Source: Macrostomum lignano
Taxonomy: Eukaryota
Length of the DNA stretch: 52,939 nt
NCBI GenBank assembly: GCA_002269645.1
Contig: NIVC01004255.1
Span: 1 to 52,939 of the forward strand
Direction: 5' to 3'
In this document: piece by piece, positions 12,331 through 24,526 of the stretch
Layout of the letters: each line of letters begins with the position of its first letter
Position numbering within the stretch: position 1 is the stretch's first letter
Translations under genes and position numbers: made by a program
The notes under the pieces: model-generated
The model's database searches: none
What the model saw: the letters and a program-made list of their open reading frames with translations, nothing else
What the model was told of the DNA's origin: nothing

Positions 12331-13117
12331 TCTCTATCAGATTTTGAATATTTATTGCGAGCTTTTTCTTTCTTGTCTTTGCAAAAAATCTACATGTATA
12401 CAAGGCTGGGGTAAACAGATGAAGCCAATGAGCCTATGGTTTTGGCGGTCCACCTTGTTGCAGTGATTGCAGTTTGAGAACGAGGTGATGGTTTTCTGGA
12501 AAATTTTAAGAATCCACAGCATTTTTTCTTCACATCTTGCATGCGACTACTTGAAGTAAAAATTTACGAGTATGATGAGAAAAAATAAAATATAAAATTA
12601 CAAGAACTTGTTTGCAAAAAAATCGTTTTTTTACAATTTTTTACTTTTACTTTATTCTTCTTCCTTAAGTTTTGAAAAATATTAACTATATGATAAAAAA
12701 AGGTTAAAAGTATACTAGAGGTACTTTTTTCTTTCAAAAACAAGGTAATAATGCCAAAATAAATGCTTATGTTGAAAGCTGAAACATTAGTAGGTCCTTC
12801 AGAAGAACTCCGAAATGGGCAAAGTATCAGCTCTGCTTTAAAGAACTTGTGTTTTTTAAAAATTCTTTAATGCTTTTCCGATTTGACTGTCTAAAATAAG
12901 TAGAAAAATATGGCTTTTTATCAATTTAGCATGAAAGAGTTTAAAGAAATGGCAAAAAGGTAAAAATCACGATTTTTCTATTCAATGGGGGGTACTCTAT
13001 TCAAATGCAGATAAACAATATTTTTCTACATTTATCTAAGCGAAAGTTATACTTTTTAGAAAGAGTATGAATTAATCTTTACAATGATATATATTTTAGA
13101 AAAAACGAACGAGAAAT

Positions 13118-13230
13118 AAAAAAGTTATTAGTGTTCAAACACAAAAACCGAACGTCAGATACCCTGTTCGGTTTGAAGATACCCTAGAATCATCGTTCGG
13201 TTTTGAGATAAAATCATCAATAACTTTTTT
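13118..13230. mobile_element. Palindromic centre of a degenerate AT-rich foldback/DNA-transposon relic (extent perhaps 12.5-13.7 kb)
   Basis: AAAAAAGTTATT (13118-13129) pairs with AATAACTTTTTT (13219-13230). CAAAAACCGAACG (13142-13154) pairs with CGTTCGGTTTTG (13194-13205). Ends and TSD not found. Confidence 0.35.
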
Positions 13231-14696
13231 TCTACTTGTGCAATAAAGTAAAGCAAACATTCATTTGAAAGAAAAAAATGTTTTAAACAACTTCGGAGTA
13301 GTTTCATTTTATTACACATTAAACTTTTTTTGCTATCTATGAGAGAATGTCGAAAAATGACACTTTCATGTTCGGTTGATGAGATCTTACCCTATGTTGT
13401 ATAATTATAGAGTGTAACATTATAAGATAGTTAAAGTTATTAAAATACATTATTATAGCTTTTCTATCATTTTCATTAGACTCATTTTAGGTCGTAATTA
13501 AACTTACCGTTTTAACAAATCATTTTATTAAAAATAAAGCTATACAAAAATAATTTGTGCTTTAATAGACTTTTTTACCTTTTAAAAACTTGAATAAATT
13601 TATTTTATAGCTTTATTGCTTTCAAATTGCCAAAAAACGAATTTTCATAAAACTTGCCCCTGATTTTTGGATTTCACCATTATCAATGAAAATGGTAACA
13701 TACAATTATTGTAAAAAGATTTATAACTTTTTTACTTGACAAATTTCAAAAGCAAGATGTCTTTTTATCCAGGCAAATAAATTTTATCAAATACAGTTAA
13801 AAAGTACTAATAAAATAACTAGGCCTATCAAAATCTCACTGGGCTGGAGTCCCTACTTATGGTTATACTCAACTTAAATGGGAATAAAGATTACATACTA
13901 CCATCTAATATACTAAATACAGACATACTAAATTTACTTACCCCCATATAATGTAATTAGTCTTTGTACTCTTAGGATAGGCAAAGTCTCCAAAGATAAC
14001 TTCATCATCTTTTTCTACTATTTCTTTATTTTTTATAGTGTAGTCTCGAATTATTGAAAGAACATCAGCCATGACAATACAAATTATTAACTACTTTAAT
14101 TTTTAAGGACTTGATCAGAAAAAAATTCACTGTAATTTTAGCCTGCAAATTTACAACGATTTCTTTCTAAGGCTCTAAACTCAACTAGCTCTCTAGCGGC
14201 TACCGAACAACACTATACTATACACTCGTCGTCATGCAATACAATATTTTTTCGTTGACTAGTTTTAAAAACTAGTTTTAATTCTTTAAAAATAACAAAA
14301 TTGTATAAAAAAGCAAATGCTAAAAAGCAATGAAAGTTAAAAAATTTTCAAAAAAATTAAACGAAATGTTTTTTATATGCTTTACTTTGGATCCAAATTC
14401 TTTTTTAAAAATTACTGTTTTCTAACTCAAATCCTCGCGCGCCAACTCCAACGCGACACTCTGGATAGATCACTCCACTCTCGCCCATTTTCATTTATGG
14501 ATGTTGATCTAAACTGAAACTTGAAGGTAAAAAACACTGAAGTTACTGACTTGACTATAGGTCACATGGGCAAAAATTACGCAACTGGTGTGGTGTACAA
14601 TGCTATAATTATATACTTTTTTTATTTAGACCTACAATACAATATGTGGCTTGTGGCCTAATGGTGCCCTAACCCACTGACCAAGAGCAATGGCTA

Positions 14697-14982
14697 GAGT
14701 TCCAGCACTGGAACCCATTTTCTAATAGCTATGGATCGGGCAGTCTTCTGCAGGCAGTTATCTACTAATACTAATGACATCTTTGAACATTAGAAGTATC
14801 TTCTTTTGAATCTCATCATTTTGTTTTGATCTCAGGCCCTATTTTGAACAAAATCTCAATATAAACCACCTGTCAAAAATTAAAATGTTTCTGCTATATT
14901 ATACCCATAAACTGCACTACAGGAATACCATTGCTAGATCCAAAGCCATTAAAAATGGGTTCCAATGCCAGAACTGGAACTC
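14697..14982. mobile_element. MITE (~286 bp), GAG...CTC termini flanked by TA
   Basis: ~45-bp imperfect TIR: GAGTTCCAGCACTGGAACCCATTTTCTAATAGCTATGGATC versus the reverse complement of the right end, GAGTTCCAGTTCTGGCATTGGAACCCATTTTTAATGGCTTTGGATC. TA at 14695-96 and 14983-84. Confidence 0.7.
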
Positions 14983-15191
14983 TAAGTCTCGAGCCTTTGC
15001 CCTGACCAAGACCTGATAGGCCTATGAGACCTACACCCTAGGCCCCTAGCCTAAACCTAGGCTAGTCAATGAGTCAAGCTAGGCATAATATTTTTAATAA
15101 AAAATAATGTATTCTTATAGTTATGCCTTCAGGTTGTTCTACAATTGGGTCCCATCATGTTTTTGAACTTTAAGCACTTGTAACTTTTGAA

Positions 15192-15848
15192 GGTGCGCAG
15201 TCATTTCGTCTGCCGCCTTTTCGTCTGCCGGCAGACAAAACGACTTTTTAAAATAAGTAGCAAAATAAGTTTTATAAATGGCTGAAATTAATTTATAGTT
15301 TATTTTTAATACTTATAATTTACTAGTAATTTTCAGATTTAGAATTAGATGTAGTCTTTGTATTTTTTATTTTGCTTATCGCAATGTTTCCAAGAAATAC
15401 AATTATTCGTATATAAGCTTTAATTGAATCTACGTAGTGAGCTATGAATGGGATTTATAATTTGTGCGCGTGTAACCTACTTATAATAAGTAAAATAATT
15501 CCAACTCGACTAATTGCTTTTGAGCTTTGAAGCTTTGAGACGGTTAAGAGATAGTATGGCGTCTGCCATATCATGACGAAAATGCATTGAATTCGTTCAA
15601 TTGCGTAGTTTAATAAATATAAAAAAATATTTAGAAATTACTCGTTTAAGTCATTACTACTAAGAAATGATCCCAATATCTTAGTCATTGTTATCTTAAA
15701 TATCTCAAATCTCAAATTAATGACAACAACTGACATATTTACACTTATTAAAACTTTATTGTTCGTTGGCAGACGAAACAACTGTATCGTATTCTTGCAG
15801 ACGAAAGGGTGGCAGACGAACTGGCGGCAGACGAAACAACCGTCAACC
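15192..15848. mobile_element. MITE (657 bp) with 8-bp TSD and GG...CC termini
   Basis: Perfect TSD CTTTTGAA (15184-15191 and 15849-15856). Both ends start GGT. Subterminal TTCGTCTGCC motifs are repeated and inverted at both ends. AT-rich non-coding interior. Confidence 0.85.
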
Positions 15849-15989
15849 CTTTTGAACTAGGGCCTATAGACCTAACATATTGTAGCCGCGTATTCTTGAA
15901 TTTGAACTGCCGGGACTTCTTTAGTCAGAGAAAAACTTGATTTATTTGCATTCCAGCTTGCTTGATTAAATAGACTGACTGCGATGGGG

Positions 15990-16230
15990 GAGGGCAGGGT
16001 GAAAAACGCAGCTTAGAAAATCCTAACCAATTGGATTTCGTCGATAGGGTAGGCACTAAGCACTCTATTGGTTGGGGCTCGTTATTCACGCGTTTTCAGC
16101 CAATCAGAAACAAAAAGAAATTTCTAGAAAAGACTATACGCAGGGGTGGGGTGACGCAGAAAGAAATATGGAGAAAACATCCGAAAACACTAGAAGAACA
16201 CTAGAAGTGCACGCGCACGCAAATTGAGCA
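15990..16230 (+). promoter_or_regulatory. Candidate promoter of BRX1 (or of a BRX1-GLMN unit)
   Basis: CCAAT boxes (AACCAATTGG, ATTGGTT, AGCCAATCAG), ACGCGT, GGGGTGGGG and GCACGCGCAC in a CpG-rich patch within otherwise very AT-rich DNA, ~1.9 kb upstream of the BRX1 acceptor. Confidence 0.45.
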
Positions 16231-16472
16231 CTATTACAATATAGAAAAAAAGTGGAAAAAGCAATCTGTGTCAAACTTCTCATTCTATATTTTTCTCATA
16301 GTTGCTTTTGAATTCTAAAACAGCTGAACACATAGTAGAGCATATGAACAATGTTATAGTTTATACTTTACTTTGGTATGTGTTTAGTTGTTTTAGAAAT
16401 TGATTGGGGGGGCAATTGTTTAGTCACTGTCAGCATATTTTATGTTTTGCTATAGCTATATGTTTTTTTGAT

Positions 16473-17103
16473 GGCACATGACCAAGATGGCCACACACCA
16501 AGATGGCCATAGCTTTAAACATCTAGATCAATAATGATAGCCTAATCCTAGCCTAGGTCTTTATATTTCACTTATTTCTTATTGATAATAATTTATATTA
16601 GGTATAGATCGTTAAGTCTTAGGCCTAAGGAGATAGATACTATAATATATCTATATTATATAATAATAATTCCTTTTGGCTTCAGCTTTTATTATAACCT
16701 AACCTATGGATATTTATCTAGGCCTACTACTAAATAAAACAAGTATATAGCCTAGTACAAAATAAAAACCTTGTTGCATATTAATCTCATTTTTATATAG
16801 CATTACTACTAGCAATGGTTTCTTGATAAACTAATAATAGCGATAGATCAGATGGATATAATGATAAAGAATAAGCCTAAATTGGCATAAACACTAAAAA
16901 AGATTAAAGTTTTTGTATTAGAGGTAATTATTTTCAAATCCATTATTGTTTTAATATTTATAAATATGATTGATTAAACATGCTATATAAAAAATAATAT
17001 AACAATAGATGTTACATTTCTAATTAATATTAAATGAAGAGTGGATATAATAGACATGCAATATTGTGGCCATCTTGGTATGTAGCCATCTTAGTCTTAT
17101 ACC
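16473..17103. mobile_element. Mutator-like MITE (631 bp) with 9-bp TSD
   Basis: Perfect TSD TTTTTTGAT (16464-16472 and 17104-17112). ~39-bp imperfect TIR starting GG, containing two CCAAGATGGCC motifs. GG termini plus a 9-bp TSD are typical of MULEs. Confidence 0.85.
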
Positions 17104-18119
17104 TTTTTTGATTATTCTCAAGGAACTCAAAGTAACAGGTATCTCTTTGGGAAAGAGCAATGGTAGTATGAAATACAAATAAGGTTTAAAATATACCTAC
17201 TTTCTAACCTATAAAATGGGCAACCACATATATGCCCAACCTCAAAATTTTACCCGTCCAATGCAATTTAGTTTTGTCCAGATTTGCAACTTAGTTCCTC
17301 TTGATAGCAACTTAGTTCCCCTAATTGTGACTTAATTTTAACTTTGTATATGACTTTTCTTGCCTTTTTCTTTTTTTCTCTTTTTCTTTCTCTCCTTTTT
17401 TCCTCTCTCTTTTCTCCCTCCTTTCTTTTCCTTTTCTCTTCCTCTCCTTTTTTTCCTTTCCCAATTTTTCATTTTTTGCATTTTCAATTTTGAAACTTAC
17501 CTTGGCTAGCAGCTATTTCACCCATCCAGTTTGGATAAGTTGGATAGGTGTTGGGTATATATGGGCAACCATATGGTGCATTGATTAAAAATGGCACAAA
17601 TATAAGGATAAGCAAGAGCATTGCAAACAAAGTTGATTAGCAAAAGTTTTAATACGTGGTCATTAAGCACTTTTAGCTTTTCATTAAGATATTATTCATA
17701 GAAATGGCAAAGGTGATTTGCCATTGTAATAAATATTAGTAATATTCAAAATAACTTAATTAATAGTTGGTTAAAATGACACTACATGATAGTTCTTATT
17801 AGTTTTGGTATATCATATATAAAATAAATATGCCCAAAGTGCAAGATGTAGTTTTGTTTAGTTTAAAAGACATTCTGTATTGTCTTTAAAAATGTATAAG
17901 ACTTTTAAAAGCTATTTAATTTAGTACCATCACAAGTCTTATCAGTTATGAACTATAAGTGTTCTTACCTAGTTTGTTTTAAATTAACAAAATCAAGTAT
18001 TGACAATGGGCATTCTTTCTGTCCCTGAAAAGGTGCTCAAATTCTAGTAATTTGATGGCATTTAAAAGCTCATATTTAACTGTGGAATATACTTTAAACT
18101 GGCTTCTTTTTGCTTTCAG

Positions 18120-19148
18120 AAGCGATCAAAGCAACAGCTCGGAGCTTCTGCCAATGGCCAACCAGTGGCCAAGAAGCAGAAAACTGCAAGTGCTAATGTG
18201 TCTGTAGAGAAAAAGTTGCCACCAAAGCAGATTATGCCAGACAAGGTGCAAGCAAAATCAAAGAAGAAACAGACAATAAACTTGAAGCCGGGAAAAAAAG
18301 CTAAACAGTCTCAGGCCACCCGACACATTGAGAATCCGCTCAAGCAGCCAGGCGTGCTGCCTCCCAAAGTGCGCAGCGGTGGCGACGCTGTTAAAAAATC
18401 AGAATGGACCAACCGGCAGAGGCTACTTACAGTAGCTTCACGCGGCGTCTCCTATCTTGGCCGGCATCTGTTGAAAGATTTTCAAGCCCTGCTGCCTCAG
18501 GCGAAATCCGATTCCAAGTTTGCTGGCAAAGATCAGTTAATTTTGTTGAACGAAATCGCCGAGATGCGCAATGCTAGTCACGTGATGTACGTGGAAACCA
18601 GGCGGAAACAGGATCTGTACATGTGGATTAGCCGGGTTGGCACTGGGCCAAGCGTGAAGTTTCTAGTTGAAAATGTTCACACTATGAGCGAACTGAAGCT
18701 AACTGGCAACTGTCTGAAAGGCTCCCGACACATCGTCGCTTTTGATTCGGCTTTCGAATCGAATGCTCAGCTTCGCCTAGTTAAAGAACTGTTCACCCAG
18801 GTATTCAACGTGCCGCGGTCTCATCCGCGTAGCAAACCATTCGTTGATCACGTGATGCTATTAGCTTGGCTAGACGGTCGAATCTGGCTTAGAAATTATC
18901 AGATCGTGAATGAAACTGGCGACATGGCCGAGATCGGGCCTCGTTGCGTTCTTCGACCAATTCGAATCTGGTCCGGTAGCTTCACTGGTCCTTGCCTGTT
19001 CGACAATCCGGCTTATGTGCCGCCGCCTAGACTGCGGGCTAACAACAGTTCTAAGTATGTTAGCAAGCTGCAGGCCAAGATGAGACAGCGGCTGCATTCG
19101 GATCTGCCGGCTTATATTGATGATCCTACTGACCAGGTGTTCCAGTGA
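18120..19148 (+). CDS. BRX1: Ribosome biogenesis protein BRX1 (Brix domain); coding exon starts at a splice acceptor, initiator AUG not encoded here
   Basis: Hallmark motifs WTNRQRLLTVASRGVSYLGRHLLKDF, ENVHTMSELKLTGNCLKGSR, HPRSKPFVDHV, WLRNYQI, EIGPR..L..IRIWSGSFTGP. The frame is open from the TTTTTGCTTTCAG acceptor (AG 18118-19; KRSKQQ...) to TGA 19146-48. Fallback in-frame ATG at 18234. Confidence 0.95.
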   Translation, partial: KRSKQQLGASANGQPVAKKQKTASANVSVEKKLPPKQIMPDKVQAKSKKKQTINLKPGKKAKQSQATRHIENPLKQPGVLPPKVRSGGDAVKKSEWTNRQRLLTVASRGVSYLGRHLLKDFQALLPQAKSDSKFAGKDQLILLNEIAEMRNASHVMYVETRRKQDLYMWISRVGTGPSVKFLVENVHTMSELKLTGNCLKGSRHIVAFDSAFESNAQLRLVKELFTQVFNVPRSHPRSKPFVDHVMLLAWLDGRIWLRNYQIVNETGDMAEIGPRCVLRPIRIWSGSFTGPCLFDNPAYVPPPRLRANNSSKYVSKLQAKMRQRLHSDLPAYIDDPTDQVFQ

Positions 19149-19627
19149 TTCTACTAATCATTTTTATGTGAACTCGACTGAAGCTTGATTTTGTTAATGG
19201 AATTGTGTATGTTGCCTTGTACTCTAGAAACTTCAAAGCTGTGGAACTTGAAATTGAGTTAAAAAATCTGAGGTTTCTCAGTGGTCCATGCGCGAAAATT
19301 AGTTCGCCCTGATATTGGTTTTGCATTAAATCTTAATTATGTTAGTGTACTTCGCAATTAAATAGCTCTGCTAATGTTTGCAACTTCCAATTTTATTGTG
19401 CGTTTCAACATTTGTCGCTCGTTATGTACCATCTTTAATTATGATTGCAAGAAAGAACGCGTTGATCTTTTAATGCTTGCGATGAAGCACATTGTGTTAA
19501 ATAACAAAACTGTACAAGCTACTTGAAGTTGCTTACAGTCTCCGCGACTCATAGGTGTGCAGGTGTGCTTGAATTTCAGATTTTTGCTTTTATTATCTTT
19601 ATCAAGTATCATTATCCTTACCATGGC

Positions 19628-21996
19628 TGGTAGAACTGTAGAGTATATATTGCCCGGTAGAACTGTAGAGTAGATATTGCCCGGTAGAACTGTAGAGTAT
19701 ATATTGCCCGGTAGAACTGTAGAGTAGATATTGCCCGGTAGAACTGTAGAGTATATATTGCCCGGTAGAACTGTAGAGTAGATATTGTCCGGTAGAACTG
19801 TAGAGTATATATTGTCCGGTAGAACTGTAGAGTAGATATTGTCCAGTAGAACTGTAGAGTAGATATTGTCCGGTAGAACTGTAGAGTAGATATTGTCCGG
19901 TAGAACTGTAGAGTAGATATTGTCCGGTAGAACTGTAGAGTAGATATTGTCCGGTAGAACTGTAGAGTAGATATTGTCCGGTAGAACTGTAGAGTAGATA
20001 TTGTCCGGTAGAACTGTAGAGTAGATATTGTCCGGTAGAACTGTAGAGTAGATATTGTCCGGTAGAACTGTAGAGTAGATATTGTCCGGTAGAACTGTAG
20101 AGTAGATATTGTCCGGTAGAACTGTAGAGTAGATATTGTCCGGTAGAACTGTAGAGTAGATATTGTCCGGTAGAACTGTAGAGTAGATATTGTCCGGTAG
20201 AACTGTAGAGTAGATATTGTCCGGTAGAGCTGTAGAGTAGATATTGTCCGGTAGAACTGTAGAGTATATATAGGCTGGTAGAGCTGTAGAGTAGATATTG
20301 TCCGGTAGAACTGTAGAGTAGATATTGTCCGGTAGAACTGTAGAGTAGATATTGTCCGGTAGAACTGTAGAGTAGATATTGTCCGGTAGAACTGTAGAGT
20401 AGATATTGTCCGGTAGAACTGTAGAGTAGATATTGTCCGGTAGAATTGTAGAGTAGATATTGTCCGGTAGAATTGTAGAGTAGATATTGTCCGGTAGAAC
20501 TGTAGAGTAGATATTGTCCGGTAGAACTGTAGAGTAGATATTGTCCGGTAGAACTGTAGAGTAGATATTGTCCGGTAGAACTGTAGAGTAGATATTGTCC
20601 AGTAGAACTGTAGAGTAGATATTGTCCGGTAGAACTGTAGAGTAGATATTGTCCGGTAGAACTGTAGAGTAGATATTGTCCGGTAGAACTGTAGAGTAGA
20701 TATTGTCCGGTAGAACTGTAGAGTAGATATTGTCCGGTAGAACTGTAGAGTAGATATTGTCCGGTAGAACTGTAGAGTAGATATTGTCCGGTAGAACTGT
20801 AGAGTAGATATTGTCCGGTAGAACTGTAGAGTAGATATTGTCCGGTAGAACTGTAGAGTAGATATTGTCCGGTAGAACTGTAGAGTAGATATTGTCCGGT
20901 AGAACTGTAGAGTAGATATTGTCCGGTAGAACTGTAGAGTAGATATTGTCCGGTAGAACTGTAGAGTATATATTGCCCGGTAGAACTGTAGAGTAGATAT
21001 TGTCCGGTAGAACTGTAGAGTAGATATTGTCCAGTACAACTGTAGAGTAGATATTGTCCGGTAGAACTGTAGAGTAGATATTGTCCGGTAGAACTGTAGA
21101 GTAGATATTGTCCGGTAGAACTGTAGAGTAGATATTGTCCGGTAGAACTGTAGAGTATATATTGCCCGGTAGAACTGTAGAGTAGATATTGTCCGGTAGA
21201 ACTGTAGAGTAGATATTGTCCAGTACAACTGTAGAGTAGATATTGTCCGGTAGAACTGTAGAGTAGATATTGTCCGGTAGAATTGTAGAGTAGATATTGT
21301 CCGGTAGAACTGTAGAGTAGATATTGTCCGGTAGAACTGTAGAGTAGATATTGTCCGGTAGAACTGTAGAGTAGATATTGTCCGGTAGAACTGTAGAGTA
21401 GATATTGTCCGGTAGAACTGTAGAGTAGATATTGTCCGGTAGAACTGTAGAGTAGATATTGTCCGGTAGAACTGTAGAGTAGATATTGTCCGGTAGAACT
21501 GTAGAGTAGATTTTGTCCGGTAGAACTGTAGAGTAGATATTGTCCGGTAGAACTGTAGAGTATATATTGCCCGGTAGAACTGTAGAGTAGATATTGTCCG
21601 GTAGAACTGTAGAGTAGATATTGTCCAGTACAACTGTAGAGTAGATATTGTCCGGTAGAACTGTAGAGTAGATATTGTCCGGTAGAACTGTAGAGTAGAT
21701 ATTGTCCGGTAGAACTGTAGAGTAGATATTGTCCGGTAGAACTGTAGAGTAGATATTGTCCAGTAGAACTGTAGAGTAGATATTGTCCGGTAGAACTGTA
21801 GAGTAGATATTGTCCGGTAGAACTGTAGAGTAGATATTGTCCGGTAGAACTGTAGAGTAGATATTGTCCGGTAGAACTGTAGAGTAGATATTGTCCGGTA
21901 GAACTGTAGAGTAGATATTGTCCGGTAGAACTGTAGAGTATGTACTGTCCGGTAGAACTGTAGAGTAGATATTGTCCGGTAGAATTGTAGAGTAGA
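19628..21996. repeat. 27-bp minisatellite, ~88 copies, between BRX1 and GLMN
   Basis: Unit GTAGAACTGTAGAGTAGATATTGTCCG. Produces the spurious (ISTLQFYRT)n ORF. Confidence 0.98.
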
Positions 21997-22135
21997 TAGG
22001 CAGATGAGACTGTCCAGATATGCAGGCTTAGCAGGGTATATTATAAACTTCTGTACGCTCGTATAGTTATGAATTCTCATAATCAGACGTTCAAAAAGGT
22101 CCCATCCGCCATAACATCAAAACTAATCTGAATGC

Positions 22136-22972
22136 ATGGATCCCGAAGCGCCCAAACTGCAGCTGCCGCTAACAGCGGAAGTTGAGCAGAGCCTAGCTGC
22201 AGATGACGAACAGAGGCTGCGCAGATGTCTGGACTCAGCCACAGATAAAGCCTTGGCTATAGAAGCATGGGACATTGCCCGATGCCTGTCGCTCTATCTG
22301 ACTCAGGGGAATCTTGAGAATCAGCCTGTATTATTTGTCCTATGCTCAACTGTGCTCAGAGATCGGGTATCAAAAATTGGCAGCGCCAAAGAAGTCCTCC
22401 TGGTGCTGATGGAAGCGCTAGACTGTTTTAAAGACGATTGCCGATTTGAGCACTTGATTCCGTCGGTTAGGAATTGCTTGAGTCGGGCTGGCGCCGCTAG
22501 CGCAGAGGCTGCTCTCGAAGTTCTCGGCGCTCATATTCAGTCCTGCGAAGATCCTCCGCCTCAGCTTGAAGGCGAAGAATTAGCCTTGATGCAGTCAGAT
22601 CCGGAGACTCAACGAGCTCTGAGATTAACTAGTCAGCTAGTGCAATTCATGAACGATTTGTTGCAGGACGCGGGTTCGAATCCGCCGAATAGACTAGTTC
22701 GAGCTGTGACTAATAGCGGGCTTAAATTGCTGGAGAAACCGCTGCTGCCTGCGGATCTGTGCTGGACCGGTAAGGATCAGCGGCTTAAATCCGATGCTTG
22801 CGAATTAGCTGCGGAAGTCACCAAACTGCTAACTGGTGTGCTGGGCCATCGCCTGGTCGATCTGGTGCTGAATGGGTCTGTTGATGATGTCACTGCATCC
22901 TCTCAGGCCAGATTGGCTTTGGCGTTTGTTGTTCTGACTGGAGCCTGCGGGCTTGGCGCTGCTTTTCCTCAG
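22136..22972 (+). CDS. GLMN: Glomulin (GLMN/FAP68, ALF4/YBP-family), exon 1 of 3
   Basis: ATG 22136; AWDI and SAKEVLLVLMEALD resemble the glomulin N-terminal GWDL and PKE.LL..LE motifs. Phase-0 donor CAG|GTGAGT after 22972 (279 codons). Confidence 0.85.
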
Positions 22973-22994
22973 GTGAGTGTGGGATGTTCATTGT

Positions 22995-24420
22995 CCTATA
23001 TTATATCCGCCTTATCAGGTGTGTGTGGGATTATATCCCCCTTATCAAGTGTGTGGGATTATATCCCCTCTATGGGGTATGTGCGATTATATCCCCTCTA
23101 GTGCATGTGGAATTATCCCCTCTATCAGGTGCATTTTTTGATTATATACCCTCTATGGAGTGCATGTGGTATTACATCCCCTCTATCAGGCGTGTGTGTG
23201 CGATTATATCCCATTCAATTAGGTGTGTGGGGTTATATCCCCTCTATCAGGTTGTGTGGGGGTTATATCCCCTCTATCAGGTTGTGTATGGGATTATATC
23301 CCATTCAATTAGGTGTGTAGGGGTTATATCCCCTCTATCAGGTTGTGTGGGGTTATATCCCCTCTATCAGGTTGTGTATGGGATTATATCCCATTCAATT
23401 AGGTGTGTAGGGGTTATATCCCCTCTATCAGGTGTGTGTGGGATTCTATCCCCTCTATTAGGTGTGTGGGATTATATTCCCTCTCAGGTGTGTGGGATTA
23501 TATTCCCTCTATTAGGTGTGTGGGATTATATCCCCTCTATCAGGTGTGTGTGCGGGATTATATCCCATCTATCAGGTGTGTGTGGGATTATATCCCATCT
23601 ATCAGGTGTGTGTGGGATTATATCCCATCTATCAGGTGTGTGTGGGATTATATCCCATCTATCAGGTGTGTGTGGGATTATATCCCATCTATCAGGTGTG
23701 TGTGGGATTATATCCCATCTATCAGGTGTGTGTGGGATTATATCCCATCTTTCAGGTGTGTGTGGGATTATATCCCATCTATCAGGTGTGTGTGGGATTA
23801 TATCCCATCTATCAGGTGTGTGTGTGATTATATCCCATCTATCAGGTGTGTGTGTGGGATTATATCCCATCTATCAGGTGTGTGTGGGATTATATCCCAT
23901 CTTTCAGGTGTGTGTGGGATTATATCCCATCTTTCAGGTGTGTGTGGGATTATATCCCATCTATCAGGTGTGTGTGGGATTATATCCCATCTATCAGGTG
24001 TGTGTGGGATTATATCCCCTCTATCAGGTGTGTGTGGGATTATATCCCATCTATCAGGTGTGTGTGGGATTATATCCCATCTATCAGGTGTGTGTGGGAT
24101 TATATCCCATCTATCAGGTGTGTGTGGGATTATATCCCCTCTATCAGGTGTGTGTGGGATTATATCCCATCTATCAGGTGTGTGTGGGATTATATCCCAT
24201 CTATCAGGTGTGTGTGGGATTATATCCCATCTATCAGGTGTGTGTGGGATTATATCCCCTCTATCAGGTGTGTGTGGGATTATATCCCATCTATCAGGTG
24301 TGTGTGGGATTATATCCCATCTATAAGGTGTGTGTGGGATTATATCCCATCTATCAGGTGTGTGTGGGATTATATCCCATCTACCAGGTGTGTGTGGGAT
24401 TATATCCTCTCTATCAGGGT
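22995..24420. repeat. 30-bp minisatellite filling GLMN intron 1
   Basis: Unit TCAGGTGTGTGTGGGATTATATCCCATCTA with internal GGGAT-TAT-ATCCC hairpin. Degenerate toward the 5' end, homogeneous from ~23550. Confidence 0.97.
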
Positions 24421-24526
24421 GTTTGAGATCAGGGGAGCATCAGGGGAGCAGGGGAGCAGACTGTTCTCATCTTATTTAGTATCCTTTCTAGTAATGACAG
24501 TTGCCCAATAACTCGTCACTGGGCAG

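Noticed and set aside
16230-18119. SL RNA gene or ATG-bearing first exon upstream of BRX1
   Set aside because: No leader-donor-Sm-site arrangement was seen. The ATG near 16167 closes at TGA with no donor in the ORF. A tiny exon cannot be excluded without transcript data.
19618-22080. 820-aa (ISTLQFYRT)n ORF
   Set aside because: Frame of a 27-bp minisatellite whose unit is a multiple of 3; antisense to the BRX1-GLMN unit; no other coding features.
22973-24511. ORF extensions of GLMN exon 1 and the Cys/Val-rich ORFs at 22984-24511
   Set aside because: They lie inside a canonical intron whose removal restores the glomulin frame.
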